64,000 nucleotides of DNA from the human T2T-CHM13v2.0 reference genome, Homo sapiens. The position numbers and the translations under genes were made by a program. Of the stretch, positions 31,135-45,499 are shown one piece after another. The stretch is taken from assembly GCF_009914755.1 (NCBI RefSeq), contig NC_060933.1; one strand, 5' to 3'. How positions within the stretch are numbered: position 1 is the first letter of the stretch; the number at the start of each line of letters is the position of its first letter. The notes under the pieces were generated by a model, which ran no database searches, had not been told where the DNA came from, and saw nothing but the letters and a program-made list of their open reading frames with translations.

Positions 31135-33549
31135 GCTCTGCTTCTTTTCCGTTTTTCTCTGGTCACCATTTAAGTTAGAAATTAATAGCAAAAATATATA
31201 ACTAGAAAAATCTAAAGTTTTGAAAGTTAACAAATATATTTCTTATTAACTCATGAGTCACAGAAGAAATTATTGCTTCAATCAAATAATGTTAATACCA
31301 AATGGTAATAAAAATATTATGTTTCAAAACTTTTGGGATACAGTTATAGGATACTAAGATAGAAAAATATGCATTTAAATATGTATACTATAAAAGAAGG
31401 AAACTTATTAACAAATGACCTAAGAAATCAACATAAGAAGTTAGGGAGAGAAATCAGATCAAGCCAAATACAGTAGAAAGTAGGAAATAATACAGATAAG
31501 AGTAGAAATAAACAAGATAAAAAAGAATAAACTGAAAAGCTATTAACTTAAAAGATTAGTACAATAGACCAACTTTTAATCAAGATAAAAAGAGATAATG
31601 TACAAATAAGCCATATTATGAACACATAAATAAAAAACTACAGATGCTACACAGATTTAAAAGACATTAAAAGAATAATATGAACAACTTACGTCAATAA
31701 ATACAAAAATTTTGAAGAGACAGAGAAATTCCAAGAAAATATACCATACCAAAACTGATTGAAGAAGAAATGAATAAAAAACCTGAGCAACCCTATAGCC
31801 ATTAAAAGTAATTGAAACAGTACCTTAAACTCTTACCACAAAGAAAACATCAGCATCAGACAAATTTGCCCATGGCTTATACAAAACAATCAAGAAATTT
31901 TAATTATTCTTTAAAAAACTCAGAGTAGGTAAAAGAAAGCATATTACCTAACTCATTTTATGAAGCTGACATAAAGTGAATAGTGAAATTTGACAAGAAC
32001 CATAGAAGGCAATAAAATTCTAGATAAATGCCATTCATGCACCTAAATAAAAAAATTCTAAATAAAATATCAGCAAGCCAAATCCATCGGTGTGTAAATA
32101 AGATAATATATTCTAACCAAGTTCACTTTATCTCAGCAATATTAATGTTATTTTAACATTAGAACATCAATTAATGTAATTCACTGTAAACTTTAAAAGT
32201 TGAAAGGTGGTAAGTCATTATCTCAGTAGATAAAGAAAATGCAGTGAATACAATTCAACATTGATTCATAATTCGATTATCTGCAAAATACTGAAAGTAC
32301 ACATTATCCTGAATGACAAAATAGTGAAAATTTCGCTGTGATGATCAGAAAGATTGTTGTTCATTATTATACACAATGTTCTAGACAGTGCATTATAGTA
32401 AATAAAGATATAGGAGTTGAAAAAAGAAAACAAACTGTTATTTTCATATTGAAATCACAATGGTAAAAGTGTATAGCAAGTTTGCTGCAATCAGAATCAA
32501 TGTACAAAATGAAATTGAATCTATTTCATCTACAAGAAGTTTTCAAATGTAGTGTTTTAAAAGATACTACTTCAATAAGATAAAAATGTATTTGAAAAAA
32601 TATTAATAACTCTAATGAAGAAAGTATAAGATCTTCCTGGAGAAGATTATAAAACTTTATTAAAACACATTAAAGAAGAACTAAAATAGAGAGGTATATT
32701 ATTTTTACTGATTTAAAAACTGAATATTATAATGATGTCAATTCTCCCAGAATTTATCTATAGATCCAAAGAAATTCTTATAAAAAATACCACGTTTTTG
32801 GGTAGACATTGAAAAGTTAACACTAAAATTTATATGGAAAAGCAAAGAAAAACTCCTGACAAGGAACTACCAGATATCAAAACTAACTATATAATTAAGA
32901 TGGTATGAGATTGACATACGTTTAGACAAACTGATCAATGAAAAAGAATAGTCCAGAAACACAATCACACATATAGAATAACTTCTTTTTTGATAGTGAG
33001 CAATGTAGATTAGAAGACAGGTAATGAGCTTTTCAGAGGTTTTCCGACAATTGGATATACATAAAAAAACTTGTATACTGATCTCATTATGCACTCAAAA
33101 ATCAACACCAAGCATACTTAAATATGAAAGGTATGTTGGCCAAACTTCTGAAAGAAAACGCAGGAGAATTTTTAAGACTGTTGTGTTAGAAAAAAAAAAA
33201 GTCTTAAGGAAGACTCTAAAAATGCAAACCATTAATAAGGGAAAAATTAATAAGCTTGACTATTTTAAATTCAGAACAATAATTTTCCCAAAACACATTT
33301 TAAGTTTTTTTTTTTAAAAAAAAAGCTAATAAGCTGCCAATTGGAGAAGACATTTGCAGCACATATAACTAAAAAAGGATTAGTATTCAGAATAAAGAAA
33401 GAATTCCCTAAAGAAGCAAAATTAAAATTTAGGTAAAATATATCACAGAAAAGAAAATGAAAATGCCCAATAAATATATACTGTAAATGCTTTCATCTTA
33501 TATAATCAAGGAAACACAAATTAAAATAATGTAAATGATAAAACAAATA

Positions 33550-36235
33550 AAAATTTTACTCAAGCTATTCAAAAAATTGAAGAGAAGTGAATACTTCCAA
33601 ACTCATTCTACAAGGCCAGAATTACCCTAATACCAAAACCAGACAAGGACACACAAAAAAAAAAAGAAAGAAAGAAAACTGCAAGCCAATATCCCTGATG
33701 AACATAGATGCAAAAATTCTCAATAAAAGACTAGCAAGAAAATCCAACAGCACACCAGAAAGATAATACACCACAATCCAATGGACTTTACTCCAGGGAT
33801 GGAAGGATGGTTCAACATACACAATTGAACAAACACAATATATTACATTAATGGAAGCAATAATAAAAACCATATAATCATTTCAAAAGATGCTGAGAAG
33901 TATTTAAAAAAATTAAACATCCTTTCATGATTAAAAAAACTCTCAACAAACTCAGTAAAGAAGGAATATACTTCAAAATAATGAAAACTATATGTGACAA
34001 ACACACAGCTAACATCATATTGAATGGAAAAAAAATTGGAAACCTTTTCTCTAATATCTGGAACAAGACAAGGATGCCCACTTATACTACTGTTATTCAA
34101 CGTAGTGCTGGAAGTCTAGCCAAGCAATTAGGCAAGAGAAAGAAATAAAGAACTTCCAAATTAGAAAGAAAGAAAGAAGTCAAATTATTCTTGTTTGCTG
34201 ACAATATTATTCTACATTTAGAAAAATCTAAGGACTCCACCAAAAAGCTGTTATAACTGATAAATGAATTCAGTAAAGTTGCAAGATACAAAATCAACAT
34301 ATAAAAATCAGTAGCATTTATATATATCAACATTGAACAATCTGAAAAATAAATCAATAAAGTAATTCCATTTACAGCACTATCAAAAAAAAATACCTAG
34401 GAATACTTTCTTTTTTAACCAAAAGAGTGAAAAACCTATACAATGAAAACTATAAAACACTGATGATAGAAATTGGAGAGGACACCAAAAATGGAAATAT
34501 ATCCCATGCTCATGGATTGGAAGAATTAACATTGTTAAAATGTCTATACAACACAAAGAGATCTACAGATTAAATGCAATTCCTATCAAAAATACCAATG
34601 ACATTCTTCACATAACTAGAAAAAACAATGATAAAATTTATGGAATCACAAAAGACACCAAATTGCCAAGGCAATCCTGAGGCCAGGGGGGAAACTGGAG
34701 GCATCACACTACCTGACTTCAAAATATGCTACAAAGCTATAGTAATCAAAACAACATGGCACGGTCATAAAAACAGATACATAGGCCAATGGAACAAAAT
34801 AGAGAACCCAGAAATAAATCCATGTACATACATTCAACACATTTCCTACAATATGCCAAGAACATACACTGTGGGAAAGACAATCTTTGCAATAAATGAT
34901 GCTGGGAAAACTGGATATCCATATGCAGAAGAATGAAATAAGGCCCCTACCTCACCATATACAAAAATCAAATCAAAATGGATTAAAGACTTCAATCTAA
35001 GCCCTGAAACTGTGAAACTGCTAGAGGCATACATTAGTGAAAGGTTTAAAGATATTAGTCTAGGCAAACTTTTTTTTTTTTTTTTTTGGTAAGACCTCTA
35101 AAGCATAGGCAACAAAAGGAAAAATAGACAAATGGGGTTATACCATTTGTATAGGAAACAGTCAACAGAGTGAAAAGAGAATCATCTGGCAAGTGATTAA
35201 TAACTAAAATGTATAGAGAACTCAAACAACCCAGTAGGGAAAAGCCAAATAATTTGATTTAAAAGTGGGCAAATTATCTGAATAGACATTTCACGAAATA
35301 ACTTAAACAAAGAACAACAGGTATATGAAAAAAATGCTAAACACTACTAATCATCAGGGAAATGCAAATCAAAAGCACAATGCAATATCATCTCACCCCA
35401 GTTAAAATGCCGATTATATTATGAAAAAGACCAAAAAATAACAAACGCTGGCTGCAATGCAGAGAAAGAGGAAGACCAGTATACTGTTGGTGGGGATGTA
35501 AATTAGTATAACCACTATGGAAAACAGTGCAGAGGTTCTCGAAAAAGTAAAAATAGAACCACCATAGGATTCAGCAATCTCACTGCTGGATGTATACCCA
35601 AAACTTTTATATATAGTATATCAAAGAGATTTCTGTACTTTCATATTTATTACAATAATATTCACAATAGCCAAAATATAGAATTAACGTAAGTGTCCAT
35701 CAGTGGAGGAATGGATAAAGAAAATGTAGTATATATACACCATGGAATATTAGCCATAAAAAGAATGAAATTCTGTCATTTGCAGCAACATGGATACATC
35801 TGGAGGACATTATGTTAAGTGAAATAAGCCAAGCACAGAAATATCACATGTTACCACTCATAGGTAGAAGCTATTAAATTAAAAAAGTTGATGTCATGGA
35901 GGTAGAGAGTAGAATGATGGTTACCAGGTGGTTACTGTGCAGGGAGCACAGGGGATAAAGTGAGATTGGTTAGTGGTTATAAACATACAGTTAGATAGAA
36001 GGAATAATTACTAGTGTTCGATAGCAGAGTAGGGTGACAATAATTAACAACAAAGTATTGCATATTTCAAAATAGCTAACAGAGAAGATTTGGGATGCTC
36101 CCATCCCAAAGAAATGATAAATATTTGAGGTGATGAATATCCTGAATATCCTGACTTGATCATTACACATTGTATGCATGTATCAAAATATCATATGTAA
36201 CTCAAAAATATACAATTTTTATGTATCAATTTTCT
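33550..36235 (+). mobile_element. 5'-truncated L1MA (L1MA4-6-like)
   Basis: ORF2 RT to C-terminal remnants (GGITLPDFK..YKAIVIKT.W) and L1MA 3'UTR ending gtatcaatt. Confidence 0.88.
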
Positions 36236-36368
36236 AAAATTTTCAAGTGGTCAAATAAAAAGAAGTAGAGTGAGGTTGGAGAAGAAGGGAAGATGTGGAA
36301 AAAAAGAAAACTTTATTCTTCCATTTCTGAATTGTTTACATTGTTCCAGTGCAAATTTACTTCTTTTA

Positions 36369-36575
<207 letters not shown>

Positions 36576-36592
36576 TTATTATAAAAATATAG

Positions 36593-36856
<264 letters not shown>

Positions 36857-37339
36857 GTGTGTATATATATATATATTTAAGATGGAAGAATAACTAAAAT
36901 GATATTTCACAATGTATGAGAATGTATAAGATTCTTAAGATTGGGAAAGATTGAAAAAAGTCGGACAGATCCAGGGTTGACAAAAGTCTGAACACGATGT
37001 ATAAACAACATATGGAATGTCAGTTAGTAAATACCACCCTAGCAACTAATTAGGTATAATCTAGATGAAGTATGCACAAACTCTGTGCACTTCTGGGTCT
37101 GTAACCCAGAGAAATTCCAGGACATGATCTCTAGGGCTGTAAACAAGTATGTTCATTGCGACGCTGTTTAAAATAGCAAAACACTGAAAACAACCTAAAC
37201 GGCCACCAATTCATATGGATAAATAAATTGTGGCATACTCTACACAGTAAAAATTAATTAATTACAGAAAAAGATTAACTTGCTGCTCTGCAAAATAATA
37301 ATAAAATCAAACTACTAAAGAATAATTCCTATATTCAGT

Positions 37340-37778
37340 TGGATGAACCTGGAGGACGTTAGGTTAAATGAAATAAAACAGACATAGAAACACAAATACC
37401 ACATGAGCTCACTTACACGTGGAGTCTAAAAAAGTTGAAATCATGGAAGTACAGAGTAGAATCGTGGTTACCAGGGTGGAGGGAGTTAGGGAGATATTGG
37501 TCAAAGGATGCAAAATTTCAGTTAGATAGGTAGAATAAGTTCAAGAGATCTATCTTACAACATGGTGACTATAGTTCATATCACTGTATTATGAAAATTG
37601 CTGACAGTAGATTTTAAGTGTTCTCACCATAAAAAAAGGTAAGTATGTGAGGTAATATACTTGCTAACTAGCTTGAATGAGCCATTCCACAATGTATACA
37701 CATTTCAAAACATCATGCTGTACAAAATAAATACATACAATTTTTACGTGTCAATTTAAAAATACAATAAAATAAAAC
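37340..37778 (+). mobile_element. L1MA 3'-end fragment
   Basis: ggatgaacctggaggac...ttcagttagataggtagaataagttcaagagatcta...A-rich tail. Confidence 0.85.
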
Positions 37779-38184
37779 AAGGGAAAAAGAAGGCATGGGA
37801 TAAATGGAGGGAGGCATTCAGGAAGCCTCAAAAATAAGGGTAACATGCCTTTCCTTAGACTATGTAATTGGTATAGAGTCGTTCATTCTGTCATTATTCT
37901 TTATACCTCATACACATTTTAAATATTCTTCTGTAACAACTTAAAACTTTAAAAATCGTTTTTAAAAGAAACACTTGCCCCACAAACCAGCACTCTCCAA
38001 ATCCCCTATTTTTGTTAACAAATCTGCCATTAATCATAATAATAAAAAACATGAAATCTTTTGTGGTTGTTTTAGAGGAGTTCAGTGAAGGAATGGTGGT
38101 AACAAATATTCTTAGAAAAGCTGGAACAGCAAATATTCTAGATTGGGAACCATCTTCACATTTTATCAGAATGGAATGGGCTGG

Positions 38185-38236
38185 GACCAGGCGTGGTGGC
38201 TCATGCCTGTAATCCAAAAAAAAAAAAAAAAAAAAA
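38185..38236 (+). mobile_element. 31-nt Alu 5' head joined directly to poly(A)
   Basis: gaccaggcgtggtggctcatgcctgtaatcc + A21; TSD gaatgg(g/t)ctgg at 38174-38184/38243-38253. Confidence 0.85.
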
Positions 38237-38526
38237 CAAGAAGAATGGTCTGGACATTAATAGCACCAATTCTCAATTATTAACAGTGTCCTGTTGCTAG
38301 AAGCACTCCTATAGAATGAAGGTCCTCATAGGTAGACATCTGAAAATAGAATGTGGAAGATAATATGCATACCCCACCCAGTGACCCATTCTCCACCACT
38401 GGGCAGTCAAGGGGAGAAAAATGTCCTTCGGTAACCATGGCATGCAGCCTGCAGCCAGGTGGAATTAAAAAAAGAAAACAACTGCATCCTGCATGCTAAG
38501 GAGCATGTTTCATAGTGATTACTTAC

Positions 38527-38609
38527 CTCCAGGCATTAGAAATCTCCCAAGTTATCTGTTAAGGTACTTTCCAGTCTTCAATCACTCTTTTGAATTACTC
38601 AGCCAATGC
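38527..38609 (-). other. Candidate non-coding exon (83 nt)
   Basis: On -: tatttgttttag|GCATTGG...GCCTGGAG|gtaagt; stops in all three frames. Confidence 0.4.
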
Positions 38610-38618
38610 CTAAAACAA

Positions 38619-38855
38619 ATACATATATACATATATATGTGTATATATATGTATATATGTGTGTGTATATAGATGTATATATGTGTATATAGATGTATAT
38701 ATGTGTGTATATAGATGTATATATGCGTATATATGTATATATGTGTATATATATATGTGTATATATGTGTATATGTGTGTATATATGTATATATGTGTGT
38801 ATATATGTGTGTATATATATACACACATATATACATATATTCACACACACACACA
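38619..38855. repeat. Compound (TA)/(TG)/(CA) microsatellite
   Basis: ~240 bp of alternating purine-pyrimidine dinucleotides. Confidence 0.97.
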
Positions 38856-39619
38856 AAGCAACATATGTCAGTGCAAAGCTATTTTTTTTTTTGTCTTCCT
38901 AACATGCCTAGCCATTGCAGCACTTGCTACAGATAAATTGGGGCACTTCTGCAGGGTCATTGTTTGCGATGAGACAAGTTCCCAAACATTCCAGTAAGGC
39001 CTGGGGAATTCTACACAGTCTTAATTGGTCTGAAGGCTATGATGATTTGAAGATCTGTGATCAGGGAGGAATAACCAAAATGCTTCTCATCACTGAGGTC
39101 ACAAAGACCAGAAATGACAGCTCTTCTTCCTGCACATCACTTCTTCCTGCACATCACTTCTTCCTGCTGCCTTTTCAGAAGTTTCTACCTGAATAAAGAA
39201 TAGAGGAACAATTCCAACTACTCTCCTCTGAAACATGGTACATGCAGCTTTGAGCTCTGCCACATCGTCCTTTCCCACAATATGATGTTCATGAATATGA
39301 CAATAACTTTGTGTAAGCTTTTACTGAGCTATTTGAGGTTGTCGAAGGAAATGTTTCCTTGCAGAGAGCTGCACTCACAGTTCTGCAGATGAGAGGAAAG
39401 TAGGGCTCAAAGTAGCTCATGCTCGGCTTGCCAAATCCCTTCCTGTGGTGTGTTGCCATATCCACCCACAGAGGGGCACAACTGTTTCTTCCCTGGGAAG
39501 CTTCCAATGCTGACCAAGCCTTATACTTGGAGCACTGCAGCCACCCAGAAAAGGCACCTTTCTCTAATTCACACAGAGGTGCCTTAAAGCCAGCCATGAC
39601 TCTCCCTCTGTTTGCCAGT

Positions 39620-39810
39620 ATGACATAATGAAAAGAGCACTAGCCCAGAAGTCTTCAAACCTTCAACAAAATCCCAACTGAGCCACCTAACCTTGGAACA
39701 CTTAAGTAACGTCTCTGAGCTTAAGTTCCCATATCTTTAAAATGAGTATGATAATGCAAACCTTGCAAGACTGATGCCAGGGCTAAGTTAAATAACATGT
39801 AAGCATGTAA
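39620..39810 (+). mobile_element. MIR fragment
   Basis: atgaaaagagcactag...tctctgagcttaagttcccatatctttaaaatgag. Confidence 0.6.
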
Positions 39811-40359
39811 TCGATGTTCAGAAAATTTAACTTTCCCTTTCCTTTTGCAATATTTGTGTTCTTGTATATAGTAAAGAACACTTGTGTAGTGAGTTTAACA
39901 TTTACTGAGATTTTTTTATAAACCTATCTCATTTAAAACCAACTCTATGACGTGCATGGGAAAATACAGACAAAAAGAGACATGTTGAAGGTTTACTGAG
40001 GAAGTAACCAAAGCCTGGGTCATCTAATTCCAAATCCCATGACCGTCCAATCACTTCAGGTTGTGATTACTAAAATTGTTACAGCTTATCACAAGAAGAT
40101 TCAACAGGAACAACTTTATCATAACTATAGTTTTAACCTGGAAATAAAGCTATTCACCTTTCCCTAAAGATTTGCAACTGGGAAGTTCTTAAATGTCTTT
40201 TAAGGGAAGATGAACAAAGATATGCCATATTCTCCACCAAGACCTCTGCCTTGTAAAGTAAAAGAACAAATAATGCAACCATGAAGATTACTGTCAGTGA
40301 ATAACAATAATTATTGTCAGAGTGGCAGAGAATAGGATATTTGTTTCCAGCTATTTTTC

Positions 40360-40610
40360 ATATTCAACAAATATTTATTGAGTGTCTACTGTATATAGTT
40401 ATAAACTCTCAGGATATAGTACTGAATATAGCAGACAAAATATCTGCTCTCATGGATCTTATCTTCTAGTGGGAATAACAAACAAAAAACAAAATGACAA
40501 ATATGTCAGGAGATAACAAATTCTATTAATAAAGCAGAAAAAGGAGAACATAAGAGAATAAATCTTTAGTTGGGGAGAGAGGAGTGTGCTGATATAAATA
40601 GGATCTCTCA
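40360..40610 (-). mobile_element. L2 3' fragment
   Basis: attcaacaaatatttattgagtgtctactgt...ctctcatggatcttatcttctagtggg. Confidence 0.65.
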
Positions 40611-41279
40611 GAAATGAAAACTTGCATTATTTTTAAAAACAAAGGTTCTGTTGGTTTTCCTTTAAAGGAAAGAATAAATAAAATAAATAAAACAAACTCA
40701 GAAATCAAAACCACGCTTTTACCTTAATAATTCCCACCTCTCATTTCACTTTTCCGCTGTGAAATCTACTGGCACACAGTACTAAGGTTCCCAGAAAATG
40801 AGACTTCCTTCCCAACCTCTTCTTTACCTGAATTTTCCCACTGGGACAACAAATCCCAGCCTATGATATAACAAGGATAAGAACACAGTTCTCTCTGATG
40901 TGGAAATTTTGGGGACATTACAAAGTTTATTTTTATATTCAACATTTTAACAAGAACACATTGAACATACTTTTAAGGACACTATGAAACTTAAAAACAT
41001 TAGTAATGCATAAATAATACTGCAATTATGTCAGAAATTTGTTTAGGCACTTTAATTTGTTTTTCCTACATGTAAGGTGAACTTTTATGATGTAGGACTC
41101 TAATACATTAAGTTTTTTGAGTATTAGAATGTTAGAGTTGGATCATATCCCAGAGATTACTGGCTCAACCCCTTATTGTGTAAATGAGGACTCTTAGATT
41201 CAGGAAGCTTAATAATAACAGTTTCTCATAAAATGGATGCCTGTGTGCCAGGAAGAAGTGTGCCAAGTGCTTTATATCC

Positions 41280-41334
41280 TGTGTAGTCAGGGTTCTTCAG
41301 AGAAATGTGTGCGTATAGAATCTCTCTCTCTCTC

Positions 41335-41381
<47 letters not shown>

Positions 41382-41813
41382 TATATATGTGTATGTATAT
41401 ATAAGCTATGTGTGTATATATGTTAGAGAGAGAGAGAGATACAGAGAAAAGTGTTTAAGGAATCGGCACCTAAGTTATTGGTAAATCTGAAATCTGTCGA
41501 GCGGGCTGGCAGGCTAAAAATTAAGGTAAGAGTAAATGTCGCACTCTTGAGCCTGAAATCTTCAGATTGGAAACTCAGGCAGGGTTTCTATGTTGCAGTA
41601 TTAAGAAAGAATTGCTCTTTCTTCAGGAAGCCTCAGTCTTTGCTCTTAAGGCCTTCACCTGATTGGATGAGGCCCACCTACATTATGGTAATCTGCTTTG
41701 TTTAAAGTCTACACATCTGAAAAATACCTTCTCAGCAACATCTAGACTGGTTTTTTACAAAATCACTAGATGCCATAGCCTAGTCAAATTGAGACAGATT
41801 ATTAACCATCATA
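41280..41813 (-). mobile_element. ERVL/MaLR-class solo LTR (MLT2-like termini) with internal microsatellite, inserted in a MIR
   Basis: tgtgtagtcagggttcttcagagaaa start and attaaccatcata end; (TC)(TA)(TG) tract at ~41320-41440; MIR halves on both sides. Confidence 0.8.
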
Positions 41814-43254
41814 GTCTCTTTATCTTAGTACTACCAACTTCCTTATTAAATTGGCATTATTATTGCCCACACTTTATAAAGAAGAAAACTAACAGTTCAG
41901 AGGTCTCAGAGGACTTGTCTAAGGTCCTACCATTAGGAAGCATCCATGCCAGTCAGCCTTGACACAGATCCCACATTTTCAAACATCTGCTCTATTGCTC
42001 ACAATCTCCCACTAGACATAGAGGTAGGTACAAAACCCACAATTCCTGATTCTTATATCCATTTATTCAGTAACTAAATATTGAGACTCTCCTGTTACAG
42101 ATCATCTGATAAAGATCACCAGGGACACTCCTTGTTAACTTGCTGCTGGTAGGAGACCATACCTGAAGAAGAACCAACCAAAAGAAAAGATGGAGCTACA
42201 GGATTTGAGGAAAGGATGCAGTGTACAGAAAGATGAAGCAATCATTTATACACCGTCCTGCTTGGTTTTGAGCCTATCCAAACACCAGTATAGACGTTGC
42301 TGTGAGGGTACCTTTTAGATGTATAGACTTTGAGTAAAGCAGAATACAAGAAAACATTGTAAATGCACACACACACACATGAACACACATGCATGCACAT
42401 GTACACACACCTCTTTTATGTCTACACAGGAATATCCCAGCATTGCAAGTTGTTTCCGGTTCATTTCCCTTCCAAAATCTGATTCCCCACTCACACATCT
42501 GCATTTTTTTACTCGTTATTCCAACCCGCATTCTAAATCCCTGTAAAGAAATGACAGCAAGTTGAAACAAAAAGAAAAAGATGCTTATTGCTCCTGCAGT
42601 GTTCTCTCTCAGGACCTTTCTGCTCTAGGTCATGGGTACTTTGTCTTTCTGCTGTTCTTTTTCTGCTTTAATTTAGAGTTCAGGGTTCTGATTGGATTAA
42701 CGGCAAGGGCATTTTAGAAGAGCCCTTGCTCAGCATTATGCATCTGTTGCTTGCAGGGACACTATATCCCTATATACCATGTCCTCTCCTGAGATTTCTA
42801 TTGCTTCACATTTTATTCTCTGCACTAACATCAGCCTTTAGTTCATGGGCCTCATTTTGTAGCACCTGTTGCACTAATTACCAGAAAGCTCCGTTCAGCC
42901 AAGGGCCAGGCATTCACCAAGCATTGCTCTAATGCAGTAAACAATCAGATAGCAGAGTTATCATCTTTGCAGATTTCACTTTTCTGATAATGTTAACTCC
43001 AAAATAGAATGTTCATGTGAAAATATATTTCATCTGTACGTGGTACTGCAGTAACATTACTTCATTGGAATAGTTATACTACACTTATTCTATAACATAA
43101 GAAGGAAAAATATATTTAATGAAACCAGCAGAACATGGCAATCTACTGACAAGGTGGCAAAAAATCCAGCCTTGCCTTTTGATTACAAGATATTTTATAA
43201 GGACAAAAGGAAAAGTCTTTTTGAATCTTGATTAATTTTCATCTAGACAACATC

Positions 43255-43495
43255 ATTCAATAGAAAGGGAATACTTTTGAAATCAGATTTGTCTGAGTTT
43301 AAATCCTGACTCTGACATTCAGCAGTAATATGAACCTTCAGCAAATGACTTCACCTCTCGGAGCTCAGTTTTTTTTACCAGTAAAATGACAACCATACTA
43401 TCTATTTTACAGGATCATGGAGGAATAATGAAGTTGAGGTATCTAAACTACCTAGCAGCATTTGTGGCACAAAGTAAGTGTTCAATAAATGGGAA
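43255..43495 (+). mobile_element. MIR
   Basis: gagtttaaatcctgactctg...ctcagtttttttt...gtaagtgttcaataaatg. Confidence 0.7.
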
Positions 43496-44924
43496 CCGTT
43501 TAACATAGCAGATGACATGTGGAAAGACCCCCATCTCCAAGGCACTGTTTCTGTCAGCCACTTTCCCTGCTGCCTGCTTTCCAGTCCCACTTTATCCCCT
43601 CACATCAATCTTGGTAACACAAGAGGCTGGCCTAGAAGCAGACAATTACCCCTTCCTTCTTCTAATGTCATACAATATTTCAACTCAAATACTGATTTTG
43701 CCACAAATGAGAGTTTATCTTAGCTTATACTCAGTCTTAGAATTTGCTAACAATCTCTAGTCGCTGAAGCAGCCAGCAGACACTATAGCTATATTGCAAC
43801 CCTCAAAACATCTTCAATATACTTTCTCCCTTCTCTGCCAGTTCAAAATCCTCTATGCAAAATGCCTTGATTTATTGAAGGTGGGTTGATGTTTCATTTC
43901 TCTACAAACTACTGCCTGCCACATAGTCCACTCTTTATATTATCTGATGCCATATTTGTATTAAGTAAAATTATGGCAGAATAAAAAGCATTAACCTATG
44001 GGTGTTCTCAGTATTCTTTCTATGCTACTAATAAGAAATTTGGCTCAGCCTCCTTCAGTAACTTCCCTGACCCATCCCTCCTATAGGAGACATCTTGCAG
44101 ACCAGTTTGAAGGCTTTCGAGATGCATGGTCAGAAAGAAAAGAAATGAGAAGACACGCAAGAGGAGTGTAGAGATGATTTGGGAAGCAAGAGGAGAATTT
44201 CAGAGGCTGAAGAGATGGGAGTGGGATCAGTTGTAACGTGAAAGGAGTGGAATAAAGGAAATTGTAAGGAGTACTTCTAGAGTCTCTGGGTATACTTGAT
44301 AGTGTCCAAAAAATATAAGTAGAGAACTTATTTTTAAATTTCTATTGATGGCAAGGATTTTGTTCTTTGAAGCTCGGCTTTGCTCCCAAATTGAACTATA
44401 TGGGTTAGAGCATTACAAGTTTTACTTTCCCCAACTTGACTATCAGAGTTAAAAGTGTGGGATTCTATCCTTACTTCTATTTTTATTATATCCTCTAAGC
44501 ACCTAGCACGGCTCTGCATATGCTTCCAAACCATTAATAACACATTATTCACTTAACTTGATTCGCTTTGATATTGGTCATCAAGCCAAACAGGACCACA
44601 GCTATAGTTTGGGCTAATCAATTTTCTATTCCCTTCTCACATCAATGATAAATTTATTCTTAAATAGGTGAAGAGATTAAAAAGAGCTGCTCCAAATGAA
44701 TTCTCGTCTCTTGCCTGAGGAGTGTGTCTCAATGTACTCAGAGAATTTGTACCTATGGCTGAATTGCTGTCATCAAACTGAAGGAACCCCACAGTGGAAA
44801 AGAGTTTCTGGAAAATTGGATACAAGCAAATGTCATTTGGAATTATTAAAAAAGGAAGAATTTATGTTTGTGAACTACAGAGCACTGAGCTTGACATTGA
44901 TCTGGGCAAGATTCTTGAATGATT

Positions 44925-45215
44925 TTTTTTTTTTAAACAATGGCTTGTGAGTACTTAGAAAAGAAAATGGTAAACTCAACGTGAGCTCACTAGAATAGTC
45001 CTGTCAGATTAGCTTCATTTCCTACTGACAGAGTTACTGCACTGGGAGATCAGAGAAATAGAGTAGAAATAGTGTATCTAGATTTCAGAAAACCTTTTGA
45101 CAAGTTCTCTCATGACACTCTTGAGGGCAAGATGGGGAAAAGCAGCCTAAATGATGTTATAATTGCAGACTTATAGCCAATGGAATATTAGTATACAAAA
45201 GAATTAATGAGTCAT
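44925..45215 (+). mobile_element. L3/CR1 LINE reverse-transcriptase fossil
   Basis: 45063 onward translates VEIVYLDFRKPFDKFSHDTL, matching the CR1 RT motif YLDFSKAFD.V.H. Confidence 0.7.
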
Positions 45216-45499
45216 TATGATTCAATGAAACATTTCAATTCAATTAACATATTTTTATCTCTTATGTTAGCCACTGTGCTGAAGTCTAGGGATTTATTTG
45301 TACAGATATAGAATGAAGGAATCCAGACTTGCCAACAGCAGCCTTCAAATGATCCATTTGTGTGATTTTGCTTTCAAAAACCTCAATGTAAGCCTGAGAT
45401 AATGTCAGACAAGTACAGTGTCTAAAATTAATTCAAGCAGTGCTTCTGTTCTTCTCTATATAGCGTGTGTTCACTTTTGGACTCCACACATTGACAGAC

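Noticed and set aside
38582-38997. Y/I/H/T/C/V-rich ORFs
   Set aside because: Microsatellite translation artefacts.
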